Assembly: GCA_003343845.1 (NCBI GenBank)
Contig: QAKK01000038.1
Coordinates: forward strand, 6,263-70,262
Direction: 5' to 3'
Origin: Oscillospiraceae bacterium
GTDB taxonomy: Bacteria; Bacillota; Clostridia; Oscillospirales; CAG-272
DNA: 64,000 nt
Notes under the pieces: generated by a model
The model's input: the letters and a program-made list of their open reading frames with translations, nothing else
The model's database searches: none
Told to the model about the DNA's origin: nothing
Shown here: one piece after another, positions 56,225-63,951 of the stretch
Position numbering within the stretch: the stretch's first letter is position 1
Layout: each line of letters opens with the position of its first letter
Translations under genes and position numbers: made by a program

Positions 56225-56764
56225 ATGAAGTACACCAAATACCAATACTCACGCAACCTTGCGTGGGAAATCTTACTGAAAGAGCGCGTGCGGCAGCTGC
56301 CGGTCGAAATCATCCCGATATGCAAGCACATGGGCATCCGCGTGCTGCGCTATTCGGACATGCTTTCCCTGCAATTCAACGTAGGAGGCGCTTCGGCTGA
56401 AATCGACGGCAAGATGTACATATTCTATGACGACACCGTTTCTAACGAACGGCAACGCTTTACGGTCGCGCACGAGCTGGGACATATCATCATGCGGCAT
56501 TCCGGCGCGGAAGACAACGAAGCCGAAGCAAATGTATTTGCATCGCGCCTTCTGATGCCTGCCTGCGTCCTGTATGCGTGCGAAGTCAAGACAGCGGATG
56601 AAATCATGTCCTTGTGCGCCGTCAGCCGGCAGGCAGCAGAAATCAGGATCACACGGCTTGCAGAGCTGCGCCGCCGCGACAAGTTCTACACGCATCCGCT
56701 TGAGCGTGCGGTTGCCCGCCGATTCCGTGGATTCGTCAGAGCTTATCGTCGGAGTCGGGAATAG
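56225..56764 (+). CDS. ImmA/IrrE-family zinc metallopeptidase
   Basis: HELGHIIMRH...EAEANVFASRLLMPA. Start is probably 56225 (GGAGGTG 8 nt upstream); in-frame ATGs also occur at 56204 and 56219. Confidence 0.85.
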   Translation: MKYTKYQYSRNLAWEILLKERVRQLPVEIIPICKHMGIRVLRYSDMLSLQFNVGGASAEIDGKMYIFYDDTVSNERQRFTVAHELGHIIMRHSGAEDNEAEANVFASRLLMPACVLYACEVKTADEIMSLCAVSRQAAEIRITRLAELRRRDKFYTHPLERAVARRFRGFVRAYRRSRE

Positions 56765-57077
56765 ATTCAAGGTATGCCAGCAGCTCCGGCGTCAGCTTCT
56801 TTTCAAGCACTTTGCCATCGCGCCCCAAGAAGCGCACAACATTCTCACCCAGCCCGCCATCTTCGGCGGGCTTTTCTTTTTGATCGGTCTTGCCGAGGAG
56901 GTAGTCAACGGAGACGCCGAAATAGTCTGCAATCTTTTGAAGTGTCGCCCCACTTGGAACCGTCCCGCGATCGCGCCAGTTTACAAACGAGTTTTTTGAC
57001 AGACCCAATTCAGCTAAAAATGTTTTCTTTTGTACACCTTTTTCAGCCAGCAGAACCTCGATGCGCTCAATGAACAT
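56736..57077 (-). CDS. XRE-family HTH repressor (CI-like)
   Basis: MFIERIEVLLAEKGVQKKTFLAELGLSKNSFVNWRDRGTVPSGATLQKIADYFGVSVDYLLG. GGGAGG RBS. Its 3' end overlaps the immA 3' end by 29 bp. Confidence 0.88.
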   Translation of the reverse strand: MFIERIEVLLAEKGVQKKTFLAELGLSKNSFVNWRDRGTVPSGATLQKIADYFGVSVDYLLGKTDQKEKPAEDGGLGENVVRFLGRDGKVLEKKLTPELLAYLESIPDSDDKL

Positions 57078-57159
57078 AATTGCCTCCCGAAAAATCCACC
57101 AAACGAGTGACGTTATAATTGTGCAACCCTACAAAATCACTCAAAATGATGATTTTGCA

Positions 57160-57189
57160 TTGACAATACCTCATTTGAGGTATTATAAT
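57160..57189 (+). promoter_or_regulatory. phage early promoter with palindromic operator in the spacer
   Basis: TTGACA (57160-57165), 18-nt spacer ATACCTCATTTGAGGTAT (a perfect 8-bp inverted repeat), TATAAT (57184-57189). A second inverted repeat CAAAATC-N12-GATTTTG lies at 57132-57157. Confidence 0.7.
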
Positions 57190-57357
57190 AGTGTTGCAAG
57201 CAAAACAAACCCGCCCGAAACTTCGTGCGGATGCAAACGCACGGCGGCGGGTTTGCTCCTTGCACCACGTAGGCGGTCATTTTTCATCCCTTCTATTTAT
57301 TATTTCCAAACGACGGAGCAGCGGCGGATTGCAGTCCGCCGTTGCTTCGCAGGAAGG

Positions 57358-57699
57358 ATGAAAGAAAAATTCACCGTCTACGCAAAGAAAGTCCGACGCG
57401 ATGGTCGGATGGAAGTGTGGCAACTTCATCATACCATCGTGCCGGCGAAATGTCAAGCGGAAGGAGGCTACATTTTGCCAAAATACATTCATCCCGTGCA
57501 AAGCCGCATGAAAGCGAAAGGCTACACCATCGCAGAAATGATCGTCATGCTCCGCGAAAAGGGGCTTGATGTGAGCGAAAGCACAATCAGCGGCGCGTTC
57601 AGCGGAAAGCGTCGCGGGCAAAAGGCAATGGATGCAATCAACAAGATTCGCAACTACATGGATTACCTCGACGGTTTGGAAAACAGAAAGGAAGAATGA
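57358..57699 (+). CDS. phage early protein with HTH-like C-terminal half (Cro/antirepressor candidate); start uncertain
   Basis: 113 aa from ATG 57358. KGYTIAEMIVMLREKGLDVSESTISGAFSGKRRG resembles an HTH. The RBS spacing is poor, so a later start is possible. Confidence 0.5.
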   Translation: MKEKFTVYAKKVRRDGRMEVWQLHHTIVPAKCQAEGGYILPKYIHPVQSRMKAKGYTIAEMIVMLREKGLDVSESTISGAFSGKRRGQKAMDAINKIRNYMDYLDGLENRKEE

Positions 57700-57896
57700 A
57701 AATGCCACGCGAAAAGGAACTGTATCGCGAAAACCTTGCGCTGCTGCGCGAGGAGTTCGGCGATGTGCTGACTGCCGAGCTGAAGCCGGTGGCAAAGTAC
57801 CTCGGCATGGACTACAGAACGCTGAAACAGATGGACGTGTTCGTCCGTGACAGCAAGCGGGTCAGCCTGCCGAAAGTTGCGCGCATGCTGAGTTAA
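57696..57896 (+). CDS. small phage protein, HTH-like
   Basis: 66 aa. ATGA overlap with the upstream stop. AKYLGMDYRTLKQM segment. Confidence 0.55.
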   Translation: MKMPREKELYRENLALLREEFGDVLTAELKPVAKYLGMDYRTLKQMDVFVRDSKRVSLPKVARMLS

Positions 57897-57909
57897 GGAG
57901 GGCAGAAAA

Positions 57910-58089
57910 ATGAACGAGCTGATTATCATCGGGATTCTGCTGGCGGTGTTTACTGTCGTCTGCGCTGCGGTGGAGGCGGTGGAGAGCCGGGACGCGATCG
58001 TCGCATGGCTTGACCGGGAGATCACGGCGCACTATGCGGCGCGGATTGCAAAGCGGCGCGTGCGGGAGATCTGGCAGATCCGCAGATGA
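57910..58089 (+). CDS. small single-TM phage protein
   Basis: 59 aa MNELIIIGILLAVFTVVCAAV.... Strong AAGGAGGG RBS. Below the ORF-track size cutoff. Confidence 0.55.
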   Translation: MNELIIIGILLAVFTVVCAAVEAVESRDAIVAWLDREITAHYAARIAKRRVREIWQIRR

Positions 58090-58703
58090 CAGTGCGCGAG
58101 GAGATCGCGGAGACGATCCGCGCGTACATGATGCAGCTGCCGCCGATCGCGGACAAGCCTCGTCGGGTGGAGCTGGTGATTGAGTATCCGTCAGTGACGG
58201 AAAGACACGAAATTATAAAGGAGATAGAAAAAATGACTGCATTCGAGGACACCAAAGCCGAAACGGAAACAGCCGAAAGTTTGAAAACAAGCGGCGACCG
58301 TACGACGCTGGCAGGCGGCAACGGTGCGAAGCTGGCAGGCGGCTACGGTGCGACGCTGGCAGGCGGCGACTATGCGACGCTGGCAGGCGGCGACTATGCG
58401 AAGCTGACGGGCGGCAACTATGCGAAGCTGGCAGGCGGCTACGGTGCGACGCTGGCAGGCGGCGACTATGCGAAGCTGGCAGGCGGCTACGATGCGAAGC
58501 TGGCAGGCGGCAACGATGCGCTGATTGTAGGCGATAAAGGAAGCGTCGCAAAAGGCGGAATCGGGTCTATTATCCTTCTTGTATCGCGTGATGGAGACCG
58601 CAACATCACGGCATACAAGGCAATCAAAGTGGACGGCAAGCGGTACAAGGCGAATGTCTTCTACACGCTCGGCACGGATGGAAAGGTCAAGGTGGCGGAA
58701 TGA
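58086..58703 (+). CDS. phage protein with nine tandem octapeptide repeats (LAGGxxAx)
   Basis: 205 aa. ATGA coupling to the upstream ORF. An internal in-frame ATG at 58233 has its own AAGGAG RBS. Repeats run LAGGNGAK LAGGYGAT LAGGDYAT .... Confidence 0.7.
   Translation: MTVREEIAETIRAYMMQLPPIADKPRRVELVIEYPSVTERHEIIKEIEKMTAFEDTKAETETAESLKTSGDRTTLAGGNGAKLAGGYGATLAGGDYATLAGGDYAKLTGGNYAKLAGGYGATLAGGDYAKLAGGYDAKLAGGNDALIVGDKGSVAKGGIGSIILLVSRDGDRNITAYKAIKVDGKRYKANVFYTLGTDGKVKVAE
58308..58523 (+). repeat. 9 x 24-bp tandem repeat (coding)
   Basis: Unit CTGGCAGGCGGCNNNNNNGCGA(A/C)G repeated head-to-tail in frame. Confidence 0.9.
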
Positions 58704-58966
58704 GCCTGCAATTTTTCGCGGAGATCTACGACGAGCCGAGAAAGGAAGCAAGCCCGCACACGAGGCTTGCGGAGGCTGAAAAACACCTTGAACGGTGCTG
58801 GAGCGTGCTTGCGGATGAGGTTGAGTGCAAGAATGACATCGTGCAATGCCAGCGCAAGCTGGATGACGTTATGAACGCGCAGAAAGAGGTTGAGAAGCTC
58901 ACTGAAGAATGCGACCGCGCGGACGAATATGCGTCGGAAAGGATGTGCAGACATGAATCTGTTTGA
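58700..58966 (+). CDS. hypothetical phage protein, coiled-coil-like
   Basis: 88 aa with an ATGA overlap to the upstream gene. Confidence 0.5.
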   Translation: MSLQFFAEIYDEPRKEASPHTRLAEAEKHLERCWSVLADEVECKNDIVQCQRKLDDVMNAQKEVEKLTEECDRADEYASERMCRHESV

Positions 58967-59447
58967 CATCAAAAAAAATCTGTATGAGCTGTTAGAAAAC
59001 GGCTTTACGGAAGACTGCATCGAACCGGAGACGGGCGAATTTGACGCAGCAAAGGCGGAGGCGCTGATGGTGAGCCTCCCGGCGGAGTTTGCCGAGAAGG
59101 TAGAAAACACGGCGCTGTACATTGAGGAGCTTGATGCGCGATCGGACGCGCTGAAAGCAAAGGAGCAGGAGCTTGCAAAGCGGCGAAAGGCGTTTGAAAA
59201 GCGCGCCGAGTGGCTGCGCGGTTATCTGACCGCCGCGCTGGACAAGCCGTTTGAAAGTGATGCCGTGAAGATTACTTTCCGAAAATCCACATCGGTGGAG
59301 TGCGATGTATCAAAACTGCCTGCCGAATACGTCAAGGTCAAGACGACATGTGAGGCGGACAAGACCGCACTGAAAGCGGCGCTGACATCCGGGGCAATCA
59401 TCTCCGGCGCGTCGCTTATTGAGAAGCGGAACATCAAGATTGTGTAA
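58953..59447 (+). CDS. Siphovirus Gp157-like protein
   Basis: MNLFDIKKNLYELLENG...ETGEFD...KAKEQELAKRRKAFEKRAEWLRGYL...GAIISGASL. This matches the Gp157 family layout from memory. Confidence 0.55.
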   Translation: MNLFDIKKNLYELLENGFTEDCIEPETGEFDAAKAEALMVSLPAEFAEKVENTALYIEELDARSDALKAKEQELAKRRKAFEKRAEWLRGYLTAALDKPFESDAVKITFRKSTSVECDVSKLPAEYVKVKTTCEADKTALKAALTSGAIISGASLIEKRNIKIV

Positions 59448-59474
59448 TTGTGTGAACCGAGAGGAGAATGAAAA

Positions 59475-60008
59475 ATGTGCAAATTCCGAGATCTGCGCGC
59501 CGATGAAATCGATGTGCGCGTGGCAACGGTGAACGACAAGGGCGTGTCGCTGCTGCTGTACAAGGACGCGCGGTGCGACATGAACATCCTGGACGAGACA
59601 GTGGGCGCGGAGAACTGGCAGCGCGAGCATTACGACTGCAAGGGAAATCTGTTCTGCCGCGTCGGCATCAATGAGAACCGCACCGGGAACCCGCTTGACG
59701 CCGCGTGGGTGTGGAAATCCGACTGCGGCACGGAGAGCAACACCGAGGCGCAGAAGGGCGAGGCAAGCGACAGTTTCAAGCGCGCCTGCTTTAATTGGGG
59801 AATCGGTCGCGAACTGTACACATCTCCGTTTATCTGGATTAAGGCGGCGGACTGCAACATCAAGGACAAAAACGGCAAAAAGGCTTGCTATGACAGTTTC
59901 GATGTCGAAAAAATCAAAATCGAGAACAAGCGCATTGTCGGGCTTGCAATCCGCAACCTGACGACCGGAAAGCGCGTGTATGTCTACACGCAGGAAGCAA
60001 AAGCATGA
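59475..60008 (+). CDS. Rad52/22-family single-strand annealing protein (Sak-like)
   Basis: KGEASDSFKRACFNWGIGRELY motif and N-terminal RADEIDVRVATV. Confidence 0.7.
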   Translation: MCKFRDLRADEIDVRVATVNDKGVSLLLYKDARCDMNILDETVGAENWQREHYDCKGNLFCRVGINENRTGNPLDAAWVWKSDCGTESNTEAQKGEASDSFKRACFNWGIGRELYTSPFIWIKAADCNIKDKNGKKACYDSFDVEKIKIENKRIVGLAIRNLTTGKRVYVYTQEAKA

Positions 60009-60511
60009 AACAGGAATTCCGATTCAAAAAGCGGGACGCATTCGGGCTGATGTCAAGGTTGGGCAGCTTCTTTGACAGCCTTGACCCCGAGGCGGAGTAT
60101 GTCATGACCGTGGACAGAGCGCGCAAACGCCGCAGTTTGGACGCCAACGCCTACTTTTGGGTGCTGGCGGGCAAGATCGCGGAGCACCAGGGCTTGCCCG
60201 GCACGACGGATGTCTACCGCAGTTACATCAAGGAAATCGGCGGCAACCGCGAGATTGTATGCGTCCGTGAGGATGCAGCGGACAAGCTGTGCGTTGGCTG
60301 GGAGCGCAACGGTCTCGGCTGGGTGACGGAGCGCTTCCCGAGCAAAATCAAGGGATGCGTCAATGTCATCCTGTACTATGGTTCGTCCACCTACGACACG
60401 GCGCAGATGTCGCGCCTGATCGACCTTGCGGTGCAGGACTGCAAGGCGCTGGACATTGAGACGGCAACGCCGCAGGAGCTGTCGCTGCTGCTGGACAGGT
60501 GGTCGGCATGA
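60005..60511 (+). CDS. NinB/Orf-like recombination mediator
   Basis: RRSLDANAYFWVLAGKIAEHQG parallels the lambda NinB RSLDQN...LW block. Size and position (next to the annealase) fit. Confidence 0.5.
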   Translation: MKQEFRFKKRDAFGLMSRLGSFFDSLDPEAEYVMTVDRARKRRSLDANAYFWVLAGKIAEHQGLPGTTDVYRSYIKEIGGNREIVCVREDAADKLCVGWERNGLGWVTERFPSKIKGCVNVILYYGSSTYDTAQMSRLIDLAVQDCKALDIETATPQELSLLLDRWSA

Positions 60512-60765
60512 CCGGGCGCTGCTTCTTGTGCCGCAGAGACGGCTTTGTCCACAGACACCACATTTTCGAGGGAGCGCGGCGGCACTTATCCGAGGAATAC
60601 GGACTCGTCGTGCCGCTGTGTCCCGAATGCCACACAGAGAGCGACTTTTCGGCACATAGGTGTACAAATACCGCGGTGATGCTTAAACGCGCAGGACAAC
60701 GAAAATTTGAGCGGTCACACACGCGGGAAGAATTTATTAAGCTGTTCGGGAGGAATTATCTATGA
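60508..60765 (+). CDS. small zinc-finger / HNH-like phage protein
   Basis: CFLC...HRHHIF...LCPECH. ATGA overlap with the upstream stop. Confidence 0.45.
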   Translation: MTGRCFLCRRDGFVHRHHIFEGARRHLSEEYGLVVPLCPECHTESDFSAHRCTNTAVMLKRAGQRKFERSHTREEFIKLFGRNYL

Positions 60766-60986
60766 CGCAGTGCGAGAGAATCATCCGGCACCTGACCGAT
60801 TACGGCAGTATCACAAGCCTTGAGGCGATGCGCGAGTACGGCATTATGCGGCTGGCGTCGCGTATCAACGACCTGCGCCGCCGTGGGTACAAAATCAAGG
60901 TCGAGAGCATCGAAGGCTTGAACCGCTACAATGAAAAAACGCGCTATGCGCGATACACAAAGGAGAATGAACAATGGCAAGTTTGA
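60762..60986 (+). CDS. winged-helix DNA-binding phage protein
   Basis: GSITSLEAMREYGIMRLASRINDLRRRGYKI is the typical small phage HTH family pattern. Confidence 0.55.
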   Translation: MTQCERIIRHLTDYGSITSLEAMREYGIMRLASRINDLRRRGYKIKVESIEGLNRYNEKTRYARYTKENEQWQV

Positions 60987-61393
60987 ACAAGGTTATCCTG
61001 ATCGGCAATCTGACCGCAGACCCGGAGGTCAAGCAGACGCAGAGCGGTCTTTCGGTGGTGTCGTTTACCATCGCGGTCAACCGCCGGGTCAGCAAGGACG
61101 CGGAGCAGAAGACCGACTTCATCAACATCGTTGCATGGCGAAAGACGGCAGAGTTTGTCGGGCAATACTTCAAAAAAGGCAAGCCGATTCTTGTGTGCGG
61201 CTCGATTCAGACGCGGTCGTACACCGACAACAACGGCAGTAAGCGTTATGTCACAGAAGTCCTTGCGGACGAGGTCGGCTTTGTCGAGAGCAAGGCAGCA
61301 TCGGAAGCGCCGAGCGGTACATATGCGCCGGAGGCATACGGAGCGCCGAAGATGGAGGAAGTAAACCCGGACGAAGAAGATTTGCCATTCTGA
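60974..61393 (+). CDS. ssb: single-stranded DNA-binding protein
   Basis: MASLNKVILIGNLTADPEVKQTQSGLSVVSFTIAVNR... with the acidic tail DEEDLPF. Confidence 0.95.
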   Translation: MASLNKVILIGNLTADPEVKQTQSGLSVVSFTIAVNRRVSKDAEQKTDFINIVAWRKTAEFVGQYFKKGKPILVCGSIQTRSYTDNNGSKRYVTEVLADEVGFVESKAASEAPSGTYAPEAYGAPKMEEVNPDEEDLPF

Positions 61394-61401
61394 GGTGTGC
61401 G

Positions 61402-62112
61402 ATGCGGGAGCAGTTTACATTCTATCGCTCCTATTTTGACGCCATCCGCCGTCTGAAAAAGGCGGCGGACAGGGCGGCAATCTACGATGCGATAGCCGAT
61501 TATGCGCTGTACGGCAATCTGCCCGAGCTGTCCGATGCAGCCGGCGCGATCTTTGACTTGATTAAGCCGACGCTGGACGCTGCAAAGCGCAAAAGTGATG
61601 GCGCAAAAGGCAGAGAAAAAGCGAAGGATGATGATAAGATACCGTCAAGATACGGTGAAGATACCGACAAGATACCGTCAAGATGTGACGAAGTAGGAAA
61701 AAACCGCAACGAGAAAGAGAAGGAGAATGAGAAAGAGAAAGAGAAAGAGTATGAGAAGGAATCTTATATATTACCCCCTGTAGTGTCCCCCTCTGCCACC
61801 GACCATTTGCGAGAGCCCACGAAAAATGGCAGCGCTCCGCGCTTCACGCCCCCCACGGTGGAAGAGGTCGCGGCATACTGCCGGGAGAGAGGCAACGCCG
61901 TGGATGCCGAGCAATTCTGGGACTTCTACGCCGCGAACGGTTGGAAAGTCGGTAAGAATCCGATGAAAGACTGGCGCGCCGCCGTGCGTACATGGGAAAA
62001 ACGGGACGCTGCCGAGAAAGCGCCGAAGGCTACAAAGAAGCCGCAGAGCTTTGACACGGACGAGTTCTTTGCGAAGGCGCTGGACAAGTCCTACGGAGGC
62101 GGCAAAACATGA
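61402..62112 (+). CDS. phage replication / replisome-organiser-like protein
   Basis: N-terminus FTFYRSYFDAIRRL...IYDAIADYALYG. C-terminus TPPTVEEVAAYCRERGNAVDAEQFWDFYAANGWKVGKNPMKDWRAAVRTWEKR. Internal low-complexity EK-rich linker. Confidence 0.55.
   Translation: MREQFTFYRSYFDAIRRLKKAADRAAIYDAIADYALYGNLPELSDAAGAIFDLIKPTLDAAKRKSDGAKGREKAKDDDKIPSRYGEDTDKIPSRCDEVGKNRNEKEKENEKEKEKEYEKESYILPPVVSPSATDHLREPTKNGSAPRFTPPTVEEVAAYCRERGNAVDAEQFWDFYAANGWKVGKNPMKDWRAAVRTWEKRDAAEKAPKATKKPQSFDTDEFFAKALDKSYGGGKT
61636..61677 (+). repeat. three copies of AAGATACCG phased at 22 and 11 bp (iteron-like)
   Basis: Copies at 61636-61644, 61658-61666 and 61669-61677. A longer direct repeat GA(T/C)AAGATACCGTCAAGAT also occurs, followed by a purine-rich GAGAAAGAG tract. 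Confidence 0.6.
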
Positions 62113-62429
62113 AAATCGGCGACGAGGTCTATGTACTTGACACATGGCGTGGGGAAAAATACCGCGTCAACAAAGCGACGGTATGCAATATACGGTCGTT
62201 CACCTATTCCGCGATCCGCCTTGCCGAGGTCAGGTTCCTGTGCGGCGGTACGGGGCTGTATGTGGTCGGCTTCGGTGCGTATGAAACGCCGGAGGAAGCC
62301 GAGGATGCGCTGAAAAGACACACATGCGGCGGTGAAACGCACGCGAACACACGGAAACGGCGCTTTGATGTTCCGAAGGATGAAAACGAAGCAAGAAAAA
62401 GAGTGCTGGATGCACTGGGAGGAGAATGA
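62109..62429 (+). CDS. hypothetical phage protein
   Basis: 106 aa with an ATGA overlap to the upstream gene. Confidence 0.5.
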   Translation: MKIGDEVYVLDTWRGEKYRVNKATVCNIRSFTYSAIRLAEVRFLCGGTGLYVVGFGAYETPEEAEDALKRHTCGGETHANTRKRRFDVPKDENEARKRVLDALGGE

Positions 62430-62432
62430 ACA

Positions 62433-62723
62433 ATGACACCGATTGAAAAGGCACGCGAGGCGTTGAAGCAAGAGCAGTCGCGCAGAGAGGAATTTTACGA
62501 GGGCGCTGCTTATGCGCTAAAGCTGGTGGAGGCGGCGCAGGTCGGCGAGGATGAGAGACCGAAGACAAACGGAGACCGGGTGCGGGCGATGTCGGATGAG
62601 GAGCTGATTAACTTTTACTTCGGAGGCTGCGACGAGGTATGTATAAACGACGGCAACAGTTGCACTGATGCAATGTGCCGGGAAGGTATGCGTGCATGGC
62701 TGCGGCAGGAGGCGGAGAGATGA
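62433..62723 (+). CDS. hypothetical phage protein
   Basis: 96 aa with GGAGGAGAA RBS. Confidence 0.5.
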   Translation: MTPIEKAREALKQEQSRREEFYEGAAYALKLVEAAQVGEDERPKTNGDRVRAMSDEELINFYFGGCDEVCINDGNSCTDAMCREGMRAWLRQEAER

Positions 62724-63031
62724 CCTGTGAAATCCGAGAAATTTGTGGTGATTGGGCATTGAGCATAAATTTCCTACATGAGACGGTAACGATTTATTTC
62801 AACTCGCTGCAAAACGCAAAGAATGTGAAACACATAATTGAAACCGACAAGAGTGTGCCGAATTGCGCTACTGTGTGCGATATGGTTGAAGTTGTGCGAT
62901 GCAAGGACTGCAAATTCTTTCGCCGAGAAAGCATGTGCTACTGCGGAGAATTCGGTGGCATCGTCACCGAGAAAGACTTTTGCAGCAGAGGAGAAAGGAA
63001 GGACGAAAATGAACAAACACACGGCTGTTGA
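62720..63031 (+). CDS. hypothetical Cys-rich phage protein
   Basis: 103 aa from ATG 62720 (ATGA overlap). Contains CKDCKFF...CYCGEF. Confidence 0.45.
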   Translation: MTCEIREICGDWALSINFLHETVTIYFNSLQNAKNVKHIIETDKSVPNCATVCDMVEVVRCKDCKFFRRESMCYCGEFGGIVTEKDFCSRGERKDENEQTHGC

Positions 63032-63938
63032 CCTAAAACAAATGCAATCGCTTCCGCTTGACATCAAAATCGAAATGACCAAGCGCCGCATAAAGGAGTG
63101 GTACGAGGCATTTGACGGAAATGTCTATGTATCATTTTCAGGCGGCAAGGACAGCACGGTGCTCCTACATATCGCCCGGCAAATGTACCCGGACATTCCG
63201 GCTGTATTTGTCGATACAGGATTGGAGTACCCGGAAATAAGAGAGTTTGTTAAAAGCATCGATAATGTAACTTGGCTTAAACCGGAAATGAGCTTTCGCA
63301 AGGTAATTGAAACATACGGGTACCCCGTAATTAGTAAAGCGGTTGCTCATTCAGTATCAGTAGCAAAGCGTAACCAAAACGGAGCCGTGTATAAAAACCT
63401 TTTTAGCCCCTCAAAGCGCGGACCTTATGCAATGCACAAATATGAGTATTTGATGTCAGCACCTTTCAATGTTTCAGAAAAATGCTGCGACATAATGAAA
63501 AAGAAACCCGCCCACTCTTACAGTAAAGCCACGGGTAAAAAGCCTATTATTGGCACTATGGCTTGCGAAAGCCGAATGCGTAAAACGCAATGGACGAAAC
63601 ACGGCTGCAATGCTTTTGACATAGAGCACCCCGCATCACAGCCTTTATCTTTTTGGACGGAGCAAGATGTGCTTGAGTACATAAGCACTTATAATCTGCC
63701 CTATGCAAAAGTGTACGGCGAAATTAAGCGCAACGCAGACGGCAAATGGTACACAACCGGCGCAGCGCGTACTGGTTGTATGTTTTGTATGTTCGGTGTG
63801 CAATGTGAAAAGGAACCTAACCGGTTCCAGCGCATGAGAATTACGCATCCGAAGATTTACGACTACTGCATGAAGCCCATGGCTGATGGTGGACTTGGAA
63901 TTGCCGAAGTGCTGGACTTTATCGGCGTGAAGCATTGA
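63009..63938 (+). CDS. phosphoadenosine phosphosulfate (PAPS) reductase-family protein (phage IbrA/DndC-like)
   Basis: PP-loop VSFSGGKDSTVLLHI and C-terminal Cys cluster GCMFCMFG. Start at 63009 after AGGAAGG. Confidence 0.75.
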   Translation: MNKHTAVDLKQMQSLPLDIKIEMTKRRIKEWYEAFDGNVYVSFSGGKDSTVLLHIARQMYPDIPAVFVDTGLEYPEIREFVKSIDNVTWLKPEMSFRKVIETYGYPVISKAVAHSVSVAKRNQNGAVYKNLFSPSKRGPYAMHKYEYLMSAPFNVSEKCCDIMKKKPAHSYSKATGKKPIIGTMACESRMRKTQWTKHGCNAFDIEHPASQPLSFWTEQDVLEYISTYNLPYAKVYGEIKRNADGKWYTTGAARTGCMFCMFGVQCEKEPNRFQRMRITHPKIYDYCMKPMADGGLGIAEVLDFIGVKH

Positions 63939-63951
63939 AAGGAGACAAAAC

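Noticed and set aside
57223-57290. A 34-codon basic ORF on the minus strand inside the early leader (MKNDRLRGARSKPAAVRLHPHEV...).
   Set aside because: It would be transcribed against the strong early promoter, and its sequence is simply the complement of the leader hairpins. It has no independent support.
57061-57357. The N-terminal 99 codons of track ORF 57061-57699.
   Set aside because: This stretch runs straight through the xre start, both operator palindromes and the early promoter. The translation is low-complexity. Coding most plausibly begins at or after 57358.
58308-58523. A 24-bp tandem repeat that could be mistaken for a CRISPR or minisatellite array.
   Set aside because: The units are contiguous with no spacers, are in frame, and encode a regular octapeptide. 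No cas genes are present. I treat it as a coding repeat.
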